Assembly: GCA_965227515.1 (NCBI GenBank)
Contig: CBDDFZ010000001.1
Span: forward strand, 896,001-960,000
Reading direction: 5' to 3'
DNA length: 64,000 nt
DNA from: Alphaproteobacteria bacterium
Lineage (GTDB): Bacteria > Pseudomonadota > Alphaproteobacteria > CALKHQ01
Shown here: positions 23,969 to 32,704 of the stretch, one piece after another
How positions within the stretch are numbered: position 1 is the stretch's first letter
Layout: each line of letters begins with the position of its first letter
Notes under the pieces: model-generated
Database searches by the model: none
What the model saw: only the letters and a program-made list of their open reading frames with translations
Told to the model about the DNA's origin: nothing
Program-made: the position numbers and the translations under genes

Positions 23969-24348
23969 CTTGTCTGTCTGCTCTCATCCGACCCCATGTG
24001 GGGGATGCCTACCGGGCCGCTGCCGCGCGCGGATTCTATGGGGTAGACACCGAGCACCCGCGCCGGCCGGGCCGCGCGCCGATATCGCCGCAACTATCGC
24101 CGTCCGGCACCGGGCCGGCGCAGTCGATGCTCTAGGCGGGGACCATGCCGGGCCACCACGGCGAGAGCATGACCGGATTGTGGCAAGGCGGGGTAAATGC
24201 GCCGCGTCTCCCGGGGTTCAATGAAATGCCCGGCCTCGGTGATCTGGTTCACAGGTTGGCGCGGCTGGCGTTCCCAAATCCAACTCATCGGCAGGGCAAG
24301 CTATCGACCACTGGGCCCACAGCCACTTGGAAAACGGGAGCAACCATC

Positions 24349-24678
24349 ATGTTCAAGACCATCCGGAATACCGCAGTCGCCACCATCGCCGCCGCCGGCG
24401 TGCTGGCCGCCGCCACCGCCGCCCAGGCCGCGTCGAACCTGTCCCTGGAAAATGCCAGCGGCATGGACATCCACTACGTCTACATCTCGCCGGACTACGC
24501 GGCCGACTGGGGCACCGACGTGCTGGGCAACGACATCCTGCCGGCCGGCGGCGTCTATGAGCTGAGCTCCAACGGCGACCACTGCATCTACGACGTGCTG
24601 GTCGTCTGGGCCGACGGCTACGAGATGGACGGCTACGGCTTCGACTTCTGCGCCAACGACACGCTGGTGATCGAGTAG
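24349..24678 (+). CDS. Small secreted conserved hypothetical protein
   Basis: Ala-rich signal peptide; 'DWGTDVLG.DIL..G...CIYDV...W.DG'; GGGAG RBS. Confidence 0.7.
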   Translation: MFKTIRNTAVATIAAAGVLAAATAAQAASNLSLENASGMDIHYVYISPDYAADWGTDVLGNDILPAGGVYELSSNGDHCIYDVLVVWADGYEMDGYGFDFCANDTLVIE

Positions 24679-24784
24679 ATCAGCTTGCGCTGAAGTCGGC
24701 ACCGGCCCTCTCCCCCACCCGGCCACCCAGCAGGATACTTTCGTGGGCGGTCGGGTGGGGGAGAGGGCTGGCGCAGACTTGAAT
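24678..24784. repeat. Palindromic repeat family B, copy 1
   Basis: aagtcggcaccggccctctcccccacccg...cgggtgggggagagggctggcgcagactt; recurs at 35383 and partly at 40884. Confidence 0.85.
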
Positions 24785-24844
24785 GAGAAGCGACAGCGCA
24801 TCACAGATATGACCGGGTGACCAACGCCGCAATCGCCCGGGCAT

Positions 24845-24876
24845 AAGCCCTCCCCCACGCACGCGGGGGAGGGCTT
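24845..24876. terminator. Hairpin between convergent genes, possible terminator
   Basis: aagccctcccc-cacgcacgcg-ggggagggctt, 11-bp stem. Confidence 0.45.
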
Positions 24877-24911
24877 CTCGCGTTTGGAACCTGACCAGCG
24901 CAAGCTGACCA

Positions 24912-26330
24912 TCAAGCCAGCATGATGCCCTGCACGTTGGCGTCGTAGCCCGGCATCCAGAACTGCGCCACGCCGGCATCATCGAACGTCACCGTGTAGG
25001 TCAGGCCGGCATCGTTGGTGATCACCAGGAAACTGGTGCCCGAGACGCGGTCGCCCTCGGCGGCGTCATAGTCCTCGATCCGGTCCAGCTCGGCGAAGTT
25101 GGCGGCTGTCTCGGCCGGCGTGTCGCCGAACAGCGGGATGCCCGGCGCGCGGTCGTCCTCCACCATGATGAAGGTGTCGGCGCCGGCACCGCCAACGAAG
25201 GTGTTGTCGCCATAGCCGCCCATCAGGGTGTCGTCGCCCTCGCCGCCGACAATCAGGCGGCGGCCGTCGGTGTCGGAGGCATAGATCCTGTCATTGCCGG
25301 CACCGCCCAGCAGGATGTCGTTGCCCGGCCCGCCGGTGATGGTGTCGTCGCCATCGCCACCGTCGAGCGTGTCGTCGCCTGAGCCTGCGACCAGCCGGTC
25401 GTTGCCCGCACCGCCCAGCAGCGTGTTGTTCCCGCCCGAGCCGAACAGCTCGTCGTCGCCGTCTCCGCCGTTCAGGACATCGTCGCCCTGGCGGCCGTCC
25501 AGCCAGTCGTTGCCGGCGCCGCCATCCAGCACGTCGTTGCCCGCGCCACCGTCCAGAACGTCGCTGTCGGCACCGCCGAACAGGATGTCGTCACCCTGGA
25601 AGCCGCGAATCTCGTCATTGCCATCGCCACCGTACAGCGTGTCGTCGCCATCGTACGGCGACAGCGTGTGGAGGTAGGTGCCGCCGACGATCAGGTCGTC
25701 ACCGGTGCCGCCGCGCACGATGTCGTTGCCGTCGCCACCCTCCAGATAGTCGTTGCCGTCATGTCCGTTCAGGGTGTCGTCGCCGGCATCGCCCAGCATT
25801 GTGTCGTCGCCACTGCCGCCGATCAGCTCGTCATTGCCGGAATAGCCGGTCAAATAATCGTTGCCGGCATCGCCATCGAGGACGTCGTCGCCCGACCAGC
25901 CGCCAAGCTCGTCATCGCCGTCGCCCCCGGCCATGACGTCGTCGCCCATACCGCCGAACATGGTGTCGTCGCCATCCTGGCCGTCCATGATATCGTTGCC
26001 GACACCGCCTTCCATGATGTCGTCGCCGGTGCCGCCGAGCACCCGGTCGTCGCCTTCGCCGGCGATCAGCCGGTCGTTGCCGTCACCGCCCAGCAGCGTG
26101 TCGTTGCCGGCAAGCCCGATGACGGTGTCGTCGCCGCCCGCGCCGTTCAGCGTGTCCTGGGCGCCGCCGCCGGCGATGGTCTCCGGTTTGTCGGTGCCGT
26201 CGATCACCCGCGACGTGTCGAAGCCGTAGATCAGCTTCTCGGGATCGAAGTCGACGATCGGCTTCTTGAATGACAGCGACCAGTCGAGGTCGCGGTCGAA
26301 CTTGCCGCGCAAGAAGGCGCCGGTGGCCAT
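24912..26330 (-). CDS. RTX/haemolysin-type calcium-binding repeat protein
   Basis: Dozens of GGxGxDxLx nonapeptides; no N-terminal signal; C-terminal 'DRIEDY...GDRV'. Confidence 0.9.
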   Translation of the reverse strand: MATGAFLRGKFDRDLDWSLSFKKPIVDFDPEKLIYGFDTSRVIDGTDKPETIAGGGAQDTLNGAGGDDTVIGLAGNDTLLGGDGNDRLIAGEGDDRVLGGTGDDIMEGGVGNDIMDGQDGDDTMFGGMGDDVMAGGDGDDELGGWSGDDVLDGDAGNDYLTGYSGNDELIGGSGDDTMLGDAGDDTLNGHDGNDYLEGGDGNDIVRGGTGDDLIVGGTYLHTLSPYDGDDTLYGGDGNDEIRGFQGDDILFGGADSDVLDGGAGNDVLDGGAGNDWLDGRQGDDVLNGGDGDDELFGSGGNNTLLGGAGNDRLVAGSGDDTLDGGDGDDTITGGPGNDILLGGAGNDRIYASDTDGRRLIVGGEGDDTLMGGYGDNTFVGGAGADTFIMVEDDRAPGIPLFGDTPAETAANFAELDRIEDYDAAEGDRVSGTSFLVITNDAGLTYTVTFDDAGVAQFWMPGYDANVQGIMLA

Positions 26331-26608
26331 GGCTGAGGCTCCGTTGTTGACTGCCCGCGAAGAGGTGGTGCCGACGTAGATTGGCGGCGAATGTGGCGAC
26401 GGCGTGCAAAGGCGCGGGCAAGGCGCGTACCGCCATTCACATGGCCGTCACGACGGATTTTGGAGTACCGAACGGGCTGTGCGCCGCACCGCGCCCTATC
26501 CCCGGTGACGCGACCGCACTATTGTTGGCGCCGATCCCATTGCGGAACCATCGACACACACAATGCGCAGGCGCGCGGGCACTCGCCCGCTGCGCGACAG
26601 GAGGCACC

Positions 26609-27775
26609 ATGACAGGCTGCATCGTGGGCTGGGCCCATTCCAAGTTCGGCAAGCTGGAAGACGACGATCCGGAATCGCTGATCACCGGGGTGGCCCGCGC
26701 CGCCCTGGCGGACGCCGGGGTCGAGGCCAAGGACGTCGATGCCATCTACCTCGGCTGGCATAATGGCGGCTTCTCGAAGCAGGACTTCGGCAGCTCGCTG
26801 GTGCTGCAGACCGACGACGACCTGCGTTTCGTGCCGGCAACCCGGGTCGAGAACGCCTGCGCCACCGGCAGTGCCGCCATCCACCAGGGGCTGAACCACA
26901 TCGCCGCCAACAAGGCGCGGTTCGTGCTGGTGGTCGGCATGGAGAAGATGACCGCCACGCCGGGGCCTGAGATCGGGCCGCTGCTGCAGCGCGCGGCCTA
27001 TCTGAAGGAGGAGGCCGACATCGAGGGCGGCTTCGCCGGCGTGTTCGCCCGCATCGCCCAGATCTACTACCAGGCCTATGGCGACCAGTCCGACGCGCTG
27101 GCCCACATCGCCGCCAAGAACCACCACAATGGCTGCGCCAACCCCTACGCCCAGTTGCGCAAGGACCTGGGCGTCGAGTTCTGCCGCGAGGTCTCCGACA
27201 AGAACCCGATCGTCGCCCCGCCGCTGAAGCGCACTGACTGCTCGCTGGTCTCCGATGGCGCCGCCGCCGTGGTGCTGAGCGACGTCGACACCGCGCTCGG
27301 CATGGACAAGGCGGTGGTGTTCCGCGCCCGCCAGCAGGTGAACGACTACCTGCCGATGAGCCGGCGCGACATGACCCGGTTCGAGGGCTGCGCGCTGGCC
27401 TGGTCGCGCGCGTTCGAGGAGGCTGGCGTCACCCTGGACGATTTGAGCCTGGCCGAGACCCACGACTGCTTCACCATCGCCGAGCTGATTCAGTACGAGG
27501 CGATGGGCCTGACCGCGCCCGGCCAGGGCGCCCGTGCGGCGCTGGAGGGCTGGACCGCCAAGGACGGCAAGCTGCCGGTGAACCCCTCCGGTGGGCTCAA
27601 GTCGAAGGGCCACCCCATCGGCGCCACCGGCGTGTCGATGCACGTGATGGCGTCGATGCAGGTGAAGGGCGAGGCCAACGATATGCAGGTGCCCGACGCC
27701 AAGCTCGCCGGGGTGTTCAACATGGGCGGGGCTGCGGTCGCCAACTACGTCTCGATCCTGGAGGCGCTGCGGTAG
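26609..27775 (+). CDS. Acetyl-CoA acetyltransferase (SCP2-type thiolase)
   Basis: 'RVENACATGSAA', 'ETHDCF', 'NPSGGLKSKGHPIGATG'; AGGAGG RBS. Confidence 0.9.
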   Translation: MTGCIVGWAHSKFGKLEDDDPESLITGVARAALADAGVEAKDVDAIYLGWHNGGFSKQDFGSSLVLQTDDDLRFVPATRVENACATGSAAIHQGLNHIAANKARFVLVVGMEKMTATPGPEIGPLLQRAAYLKEEADIEGGFAGVFARIAQIYYQAYGDQSDALAHIAAKNHHNGCANPYAQLRKDLGVEFCREVSDKNPIVAPPLKRTDCSLVSDGAAAVVLSDVDTALGMDKAVVFRARQQVNDYLPMSRRDMTRFEGCALAWSRAFEEAGVTLDDLSLAETHDCFTIAELIQYEAMGLTAPGQGARAALEGWTAKDGKLPVNPSGGLKSKGHPIGATGVSMHVMASMQVKGEANDMQVPDAKLAGVFNMGGAAVANYVSILEALR

Positions 27776-27832
27776 TTCTCCGACGTCTCGTCCTTGACCG
27801 GAGCCAAGCCATCTTCGGTGGTTTACCTATCT

Positions 27833-27922
27833 CGTCATGCCCGCACTTGTTGCGGGCATCCACGCCTAATAGGCCGCTGCGCGGCCTTCTCGTGGATGCT
27901 CGGGACAAGCCCGAGCATGACG
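27833..27922. repeat. REP-like element family C, copy 1
   Basis: cgtcatgcccgcacttgttgcgggcatccacg...cgtggatgctcgggacaagcccgagcatgacg. Confidence 0.85.
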
Positions 27923-27989
27923 ATGTTGTTGTTGGCGGCTCTTGCGCGCGCAATGTTGCCGTGACGGAAATCTGCGATCCAATCCGTTT

Positions 27990-28991
27990 ATGACCGAGCA
28001 CTCCAACCTCCTTCCCGTCCTGCGGGACATGGGCCTGGTGGGCGCGGACGAGACGCCTGCATTCATCGCGCTGACCGGCGGGGTGGCGTCGGACATCTGG
28101 CGGGTCGACGCGGCGCGCGGGCCGTTCTGCATCAAGCGCGCGCTCGCCAAGCTGAAGGTCGCGGCGGACTGGCGCGCACCGGTGGAGCGCAACGCCTATG
28201 AAGTCGGCTGGCTGCGCGCGGCCGACCGTATCGTGCCGGGCGCCGCACCCGCCGTGCTGGGGCATGCGCCCGACGAGGGTCTGTTTGCGATGGCCTGGCT
28301 GGACCCGGACCGGCATCCGGTCTGGAAGGCGGAACTCTTGGCCGGTCGCGCCGACCCTGATTTCGCCGCCAAGGTCGGCGACGCCATCGGGCGCATCCAT
28401 GCCGCCACCGCGGGGCGCGACGATATGGCGGCGACCTTTCCCACCGACGCGGTGTTCTGGGCGATCCGGCTGGAACCCTATCTGATCGCCACGGCGACGG
28501 CGCACCCCGACCTTGCCGGTCACCTGCGCGCGCTGGCCGAACGCACCCACACCACCAAGCGCACGCTGGTCCACGGCGACGTTAGCCCGAAGAACATCCT
28601 GGTCGGTCCCACCGGCCCCGTGTTCCTGGATGCCGAGTGCGCCTGGTATGGCGATCCCGCCTTCGACGTCGCCTTCTGCCTCAACCACCTGCTGCTGAAG
28701 TGCGTGCCCCAGCCCGGAGCGGCACCCACCTTCCTGGCCGCGTTCGATGCGCTGGCCGACGCGTGGCTGGCCCGGATCGACTGGGAGCCGGCGGCGGAGG
28801 CGGAGGCGCGCGCCGCGACCCTGCTGCCGGCGCTGACACTGGCGCGGATCGACGGCAAGTCGCCGGTCGAGTACATCACCGACACAGCGGCGCAGGACCG
28901 CGTGCGCACCGCCGCGTGCAGGATCGTTCAATCCGGCGCCGACACCCTCGCCGCCGTGCGCGCCGCCTGGAACAAGGAAATCGCCGCATGA
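27990..28991 (+). CDS. Aminoglycoside phosphotransferase / methylthioribose kinase-like small-molecule kinase
   Basis: 'GGVASD', 'IKRA', 'LVHGDVSPKNIL', 'LDAECAWYGDPAFD'. Confidence 0.8.
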   Translation: MTEHSNLLPVLRDMGLVGADETPAFIALTGGVASDIWRVDAARGPFCIKRALAKLKVAADWRAPVERNAYEVGWLRAADRIVPGAAPAVLGHAPDEGLFAMAWLDPDRHPVWKAELLAGRADPDFAAKVGDAIGRIHAATAGRDDMAATFPTDAVFWAIRLEPYLIATATAHPDLAGHLRALAERTHTTKRTLVHGDVSPKNILVGPTGPVFLDAECAWYGDPAFDVAFCLNHLLLKCVPQPGAAPTFLAAFDALADAWLARIDWEPAAEAEARAATLLPALTLARIDGKSPVEYITDTAAQDRVRTAACRIVQSGADTLAAVRAAWNKEIAA

Positions 28992-30277
28992 CCGACACCC
29001 GCATCACTGCCGTCACCGGCCGCCGGGTGTGGGATTCGCGCGGGCGCCCGACCGTCGAGGCCGAGATCGCGCTGGCGAGCGGCGTCACCGGCCGGGCGAT
29101 CGCACCCGCCGGGGCCTCCACCGGGCGCCACGAGGCGGTCGACAAGCGCGACGGGGGCACGGCGTTCGGCGGGCTCGACGTCGCAGGCGCGCTGGACGCA
29201 CTTACCGTCGAACTGGCGCCGGCCCTGATCGGCCGGAATGCGGCGGACCAGGCCGGCATCGACAAGGTGCTGAGCGAGACCGATGGCACGCCTGATCTGG
29301 CCCGTTGCGGCGGCAACGCGGTGATCGCGTGCTCGATGGCCACCGCCCATGCCGCGGCCGCCGCCGCCGGGCTGCCGTTGTGGCGTTGGCTGGCCGCCAA
29401 CGCGCCGGTCACCGACATGCCGATCCCGGAGATCCAGGTCTTCGGCGGCGGCGCGCACGCCAGCCGGCGGGTTGACATGCAGGACTTTATGGTGGTCGCG
29501 GTCGGCGCCGCCCACATCGCCCAGGCATTCGACTGGACCGCCGAGGTCTATCGCGCTGCCGGCGGGCTGATGGCCGAGGCCGGCAAGCTCGCCGGGGTGG
29601 CCGACGAGGGCGGCTGGTGGCCGCAATTCGAGGGCAACGAGGACGCACTGGATTTCCTGGTCCGCGCCATCGAGCGCGCGGGCCTGCGTCCCGGCGAGGA
29701 TGTCGCCATCGCCCTCGACATCGCCGCCACCCAGTTGCTGGACGGCGAGCATTACCGGCTGGCGGCGGAGGATCGGCGCCTGGACGGCGACGAATGGCGC
29801 GAACTGCTGCTCGGCTGGTGCCGGCGCTACCCCATCGTGTCCATCGAGGACCCGTGCGCGGAGGACGACTTCGACGGCATGGCGGCGTTCGTGGCCCAGG
29901 TGCCGGCCGGCATCATCACGGTCGGCGACGACCATCTGGCGACCGCGCCGGAACGGATCGCCGATGCCGCCGGCGCGCGTTCCTGCACCGCGGCCCTGAT
30001 CAAGCCCAACCAGGCCGGCACGCTGACCCGCGCGCACCACGCCCTGAACGACGCCCGCGCCCATGGCTGGGCCACCATCGTGTCGGCCCGCTCCGGCGAG
30101 ACCGAGGATGTGACCGTGACCCATCTCGCCGTTGGCTGGGGCGCCGATCAGCTCAAGGTCGGCTCCTTCACCCGTTCCGAACGGATGGCGAAGTGGAACG
30201 AGTGCCTGCGCATCGACGAGGCCCTCGGTGGCGGCCTGCCGCTCCGGCGGCCCCGGGCGTGGGTTGGAGGATCGTAG
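28988..30277 (+). CDS. eno: Enolase-like protein (variant phosphopyruvate hydratase)
   Basis: 'DSRGRPTVE', 'GASTG', 'DEGG', 'SIEDP', 'VGDD', 'LIKPNQAG', 'SARSGETED'; ATGA overlap with the kinase. Confidence 0.8.
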   Translation: MTDTRITAVTGRRVWDSRGRPTVEAEIALASGVTGRAIAPAGASTGRHEAVDKRDGGTAFGGLDVAGALDALTVELAPALIGRNAADQAGIDKVLSETDGTPDLARCGGNAVIACSMATAHAAAAAAGLPLWRWLAANAPVTDMPIPEIQVFGGGAHASRRVDMQDFMVVAVGAAHIAQAFDWTAEVYRAAGGLMAEAGKLAGVADEGGWWPQFEGNEDALDFLVRAIERAGLRPGEDVAIALDIAATQLLDGEHYRLAAEDRRLDGDEWRELLLGWCRRYPIVSIEDPCAEDDFDGMAAFVAQVPAGIITVGDDHLATAPERIADAAGARSCTAALIKPNQAGTLTRAHHALNDARAHGWATIVSARSGETEDVTVTHLAVGWGADQLKVGSFTRSERMAKWNECLRIDEALGGGLPLRRPRAWVGGS

Positions 30278-30327
30278 CCCGGGTGAAACGAAGTGGAACC
30301 CGGGTTTCGCTGCGCTCCACCCAGGCT
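30274..30327. repeat. GTAG-type REP element interrupted by the IS110 element
   Basis: gtagcccgggtg...cacccaggct; the closing 'ac' lies at 31757-31758 beyond the IS. Confidence 0.75.
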
Positions 30328-30359
30328 TCTGTAACGGGCCATTGTTGGTCAATCCCTTT

Positions 30360-30530
30360 TTCGTCGTCCCGGCGCCTGGGTCATGCTTCTGTACGGGGTC
30401 GGCGCACGGCCGCCACCAAGATGGATATGCGAGGATCGGTCGGTCCAATCTACGGAAGCGTGCTCTCGTGCGAGGCGACATCCTGGATGGCGGCCTGACC
30501 TGATCCATCGTCCCGGCGCGGGACGGCGCT
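30360..30530 (-). ncRNA. Putative bridge RNA / seekRNA of the IS110 element
   Basis: Segments matching target (30482-30490, 30450-30454) and donor (30418-30424, 30386-30393) inside stem-flanked loops; RNA ends are estimated. Confidence 0.7.
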
Positions 30531-30600
30531 TGACGGGCCGGTGTCTGCGCCCGCCGAAGCTCGTGTGCTGGTTCTCCCTATGCGGCGGTCGTCTTTGCCA

Positions 30601-31644
30601 TTAGGCCGCTGCCATCGCCGGGCGCACCGGTCCGGCATGGTTGAACGCGGTGCCGTCAACCCACATCCGGTGCATGATCACGGCGAGCCGGCGCGCCAGC
30701 GCGACCTTCGCCTTCCTCATGCCCGCACGCCTGGCCAGCTTCATCGCCCAGCTCTTCAGCCAGCCGCCCTCGATCGGCCGGGTCAGAACCACGTGTGCCG
30801 CCTCATAGAGGGCCGAGCGCACATCGGCGTCCCCTACCTTCGATATCCGCCCCATCACCTCGCTCTCGCCCGACTGGCGCTTGGTCGGCGTCAGGCCGAA
30901 GTGCGCACCCACCAGGCGCGACGAGGCAAACCGCCCGGGGTCGTCCACTCCCGACAAGTAGGTCAGTCCGACAATGCTCCCCACGCCCGGCACCGTCATC
31001 AGCAGGCGAGCGCGATCGTCGGCCTGCGCCGCCGCCCGGACCTGCCGGTCCAGCGCCGTGAACGATAGCAACAGGCCATCGCGTGCCGACAGCAGCGCCC
31101 CCGCCACCGCCTCCAGTACCGGATGCCCCGCCACAAGCTCCGAAATACGTGTCGAAAAGCTGCGCCTGGTGGTGTGCCCTACCTTCAGCCCGAAGTTCCG
31201 CAGCTGACCACGAAGGTGCATCTCAAGATCGTGCAGCTTCGCGCGGAGCTGGTCGCGACCCTTCAAAAGGGCCCGCATCTCCTGGGCCGCCAAAGACTTG
31301 CAGTGAACCGGCCGAAACCAGCCCACACGCATCAGCTGAGCAATCCCGCGTGCGTCCGAGCGGTCCGACTTCACCGGCATCGTCGAAAGGGCCCGCGCAA
31401 CATGACGCGTCTCCAGCAACTCAACCGAAAGACCGCCCTGCGCGCACTCCCGCACAAGCCATTGCGACAACGGCCCCGCCTCAAGACCAATCCGCTCAAC
31501 CGAAATCCCCAAAGACCCAAACCACAACAACAAACCCGCCGGCGTGCTCGCAATACGAGCCTCGCAGACAATCCCGCCCGCGCCGTCAACAACGCATACC
31601 GATGACCATTCCAAAGAAACGTCAATCCCGGCATAGTAGTTCAT
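30601..31644 (-). CDS. IS110-family transposase (RNA-guided recombinase)
   Basis: RuvC-like D-E-D-D ('GIDVS', 'GLEAG', 'KSDRSDA'), 'TVPGVG', 'GLTP..RQSG..GRISK.G', 'VALARRL'. Confidence 0.95.
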   Translation of the reverse strand: MNYYAGIDVSLEWSSVCVVDGAGGIVCEARIASTPAGLLLWFGSLGISVERIGLEAGPLSQWLVRECAQGGLSVELLETRHVARALSTMPVKSDRSDARGIAQLMRVGWFRPVHCKSLAAQEMRALLKGRDQLRAKLHDLEMHLRGQLRNFGLKVGHTTRRSFSTRISELVAGHPVLEAVAGALLSARDGLLLSFTALDRQVRAAAQADDRARLLMTVPGVGSIVGLTYLSGVDDPGRFASSRLVGAHFGLTPTKRQSGESEVMGRISKVGDADVRSALYEAAHVVLTRPIEGGWLKSWAMKLARRAGMRKAKVALARRLAVIMHRMWVDGTAFNHAGPVRPAMAAA

Positions 31645-31773
31645 GGTCGTCTCTCCTCGATGTCTTGGAGCGGCAAACCCGACTCCGTGTATGACACCGA
31701 CATCTTGAGGGACGACCACTCATGCACGCCACCAAACAAGGGCCGTTAGCCCATCTACAACGTCCGGTGCGCC

Positions 31774-32205
31774 TCAACCCGCCGCGATGTACTGCTCCAG
31801 TGCGTCGCGTTCGTGCTGCAACTCGCCCAGGCGGTGCTTCACCACGTCGCCGATGCTGATTATGCCGACCATGCGGTCGTTGCGCATCACCGGCAGGTGG
31901 CGGATGCGGTGGTCGGTCATCAACTGCATCAGCTTGTCGAGCGTGTCGTCCGGCGTGCAGGTGATGACGTTCGCGGTCATGTAGTCCCTGACCGGCCCGT
32001 CCAGGCAGGTGGTGCCGTGGGTGGCCACCGCGTGCACGATGTCGCGCTCCGACAGGATGCCGTCGACCGCGCCCGCGCGGTCCGAGACGACAATGACCCC
32101 GATATGCTCGCGCTGGAGGGTCGCTGCCGCGTCGGCCATCTTGGAGCCCGGCGTGGCGTGAACGACCCTGTTGCCCTTGTCCTTCAGGATGGCTGCAACA
32201 TGCAT
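31774..32205 (-). CDS. CBS-domain protein
   Basis: 'GILSERD', 'IRHLPV', 'GIISIGDVVK'; GGAGG RBS. Confidence 0.9.
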   Translation of the reverse strand: MHVAAILKDKGNRVVHATPGSKMADAAATLQREHIGVIVVSDRAGAVDGILSERDIVHAVATHGTTCLDGPVRDYMTANVITCTPDDTLDKLMQLMTDHRIRHLPVMRNDRMVGIISIGDVVKHRLGELQHERDALEQYIAAG

Positions 32206-32388
32206 GGCGTCCTCCGCCTTTTCTTCTGATTTGGGGGACAAGAATGCTACCGCAGTCGCGCGGAATGTCGACCGGCGATTTGGGGGTGAATTGCTGACCT
32301 AAGTTCGCATTGCCTGATACCGACTGCGCCAAGAAACAGCTCAAATTCTTCGGCGTCATCAACACAGTTGAGCGCTTCCAACCACTAT

Positions 32389-32476
32389 CGTCATGCCCGC
32401 ACTTGTTGCGGGCATCCACGTCTTTGGATCGGGCGATGACAAGTCGTGGATGGTCGGGACAAGCCCGACCATGACG
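32389..32476. repeat. REP-like element family C, copy 2
   Basis: Left arm identical to the one at 27833; right arm cgtggatggtcgggacaagcccgaccatgacg. Confidence 0.85.
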
Positions 32477-32505
32477 ATTGTGAATAATTTCAATGAGTTC
32501 CAATC

Positions 32506-32603
32506 TCATCGCGAGGACTGAAATGACGACGCGATCCAGGCGACTGACTTGACGTCACGCATGTTGCCCTGGATTGCCGCGTCGCTCCGCTCCTCGCAAT
32601 GAC
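32506..32603. repeat. REP-like palindromic element family D
   Basis: tcatcgcgagga...gcgatccagg / cctggattgc...tcctcgcaatgac inverted arms. Confidence 0.7.
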
Positions 32604-32704
32604 GGCAAGGGCGCGGGAGATGGCGCCACTAGCCCAATAGCGTATATGGCCCCAAAAACGGTTGTCGCATTCACTGGTCCCCGCACCGACACGAAAGAAT
32701 CGCA

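Larger units (their letters stand above)
30328..31756 (-). mobile_element. IS110-family (IS1111-type) insertion sequence
   Basis: DEDD transposase; CT at both junctions (30326-27, 31755-56); imperfect sub-terminal inverted repeats 30332-30349 / 31731-31748 (14/18); long non-coding end downstream of the transposase. Confidence 0.85.

Noticed and set aside
24912-26330. Regular DNA periodicity
   Set aside because: Explained by RTX nonapeptide coding repeats
31645-31754. Upstream non-coding end as the bridge RNA locus
   Set aside because: Only about 110 nt and no target/donor matches seen; the guide-like segments are downstream
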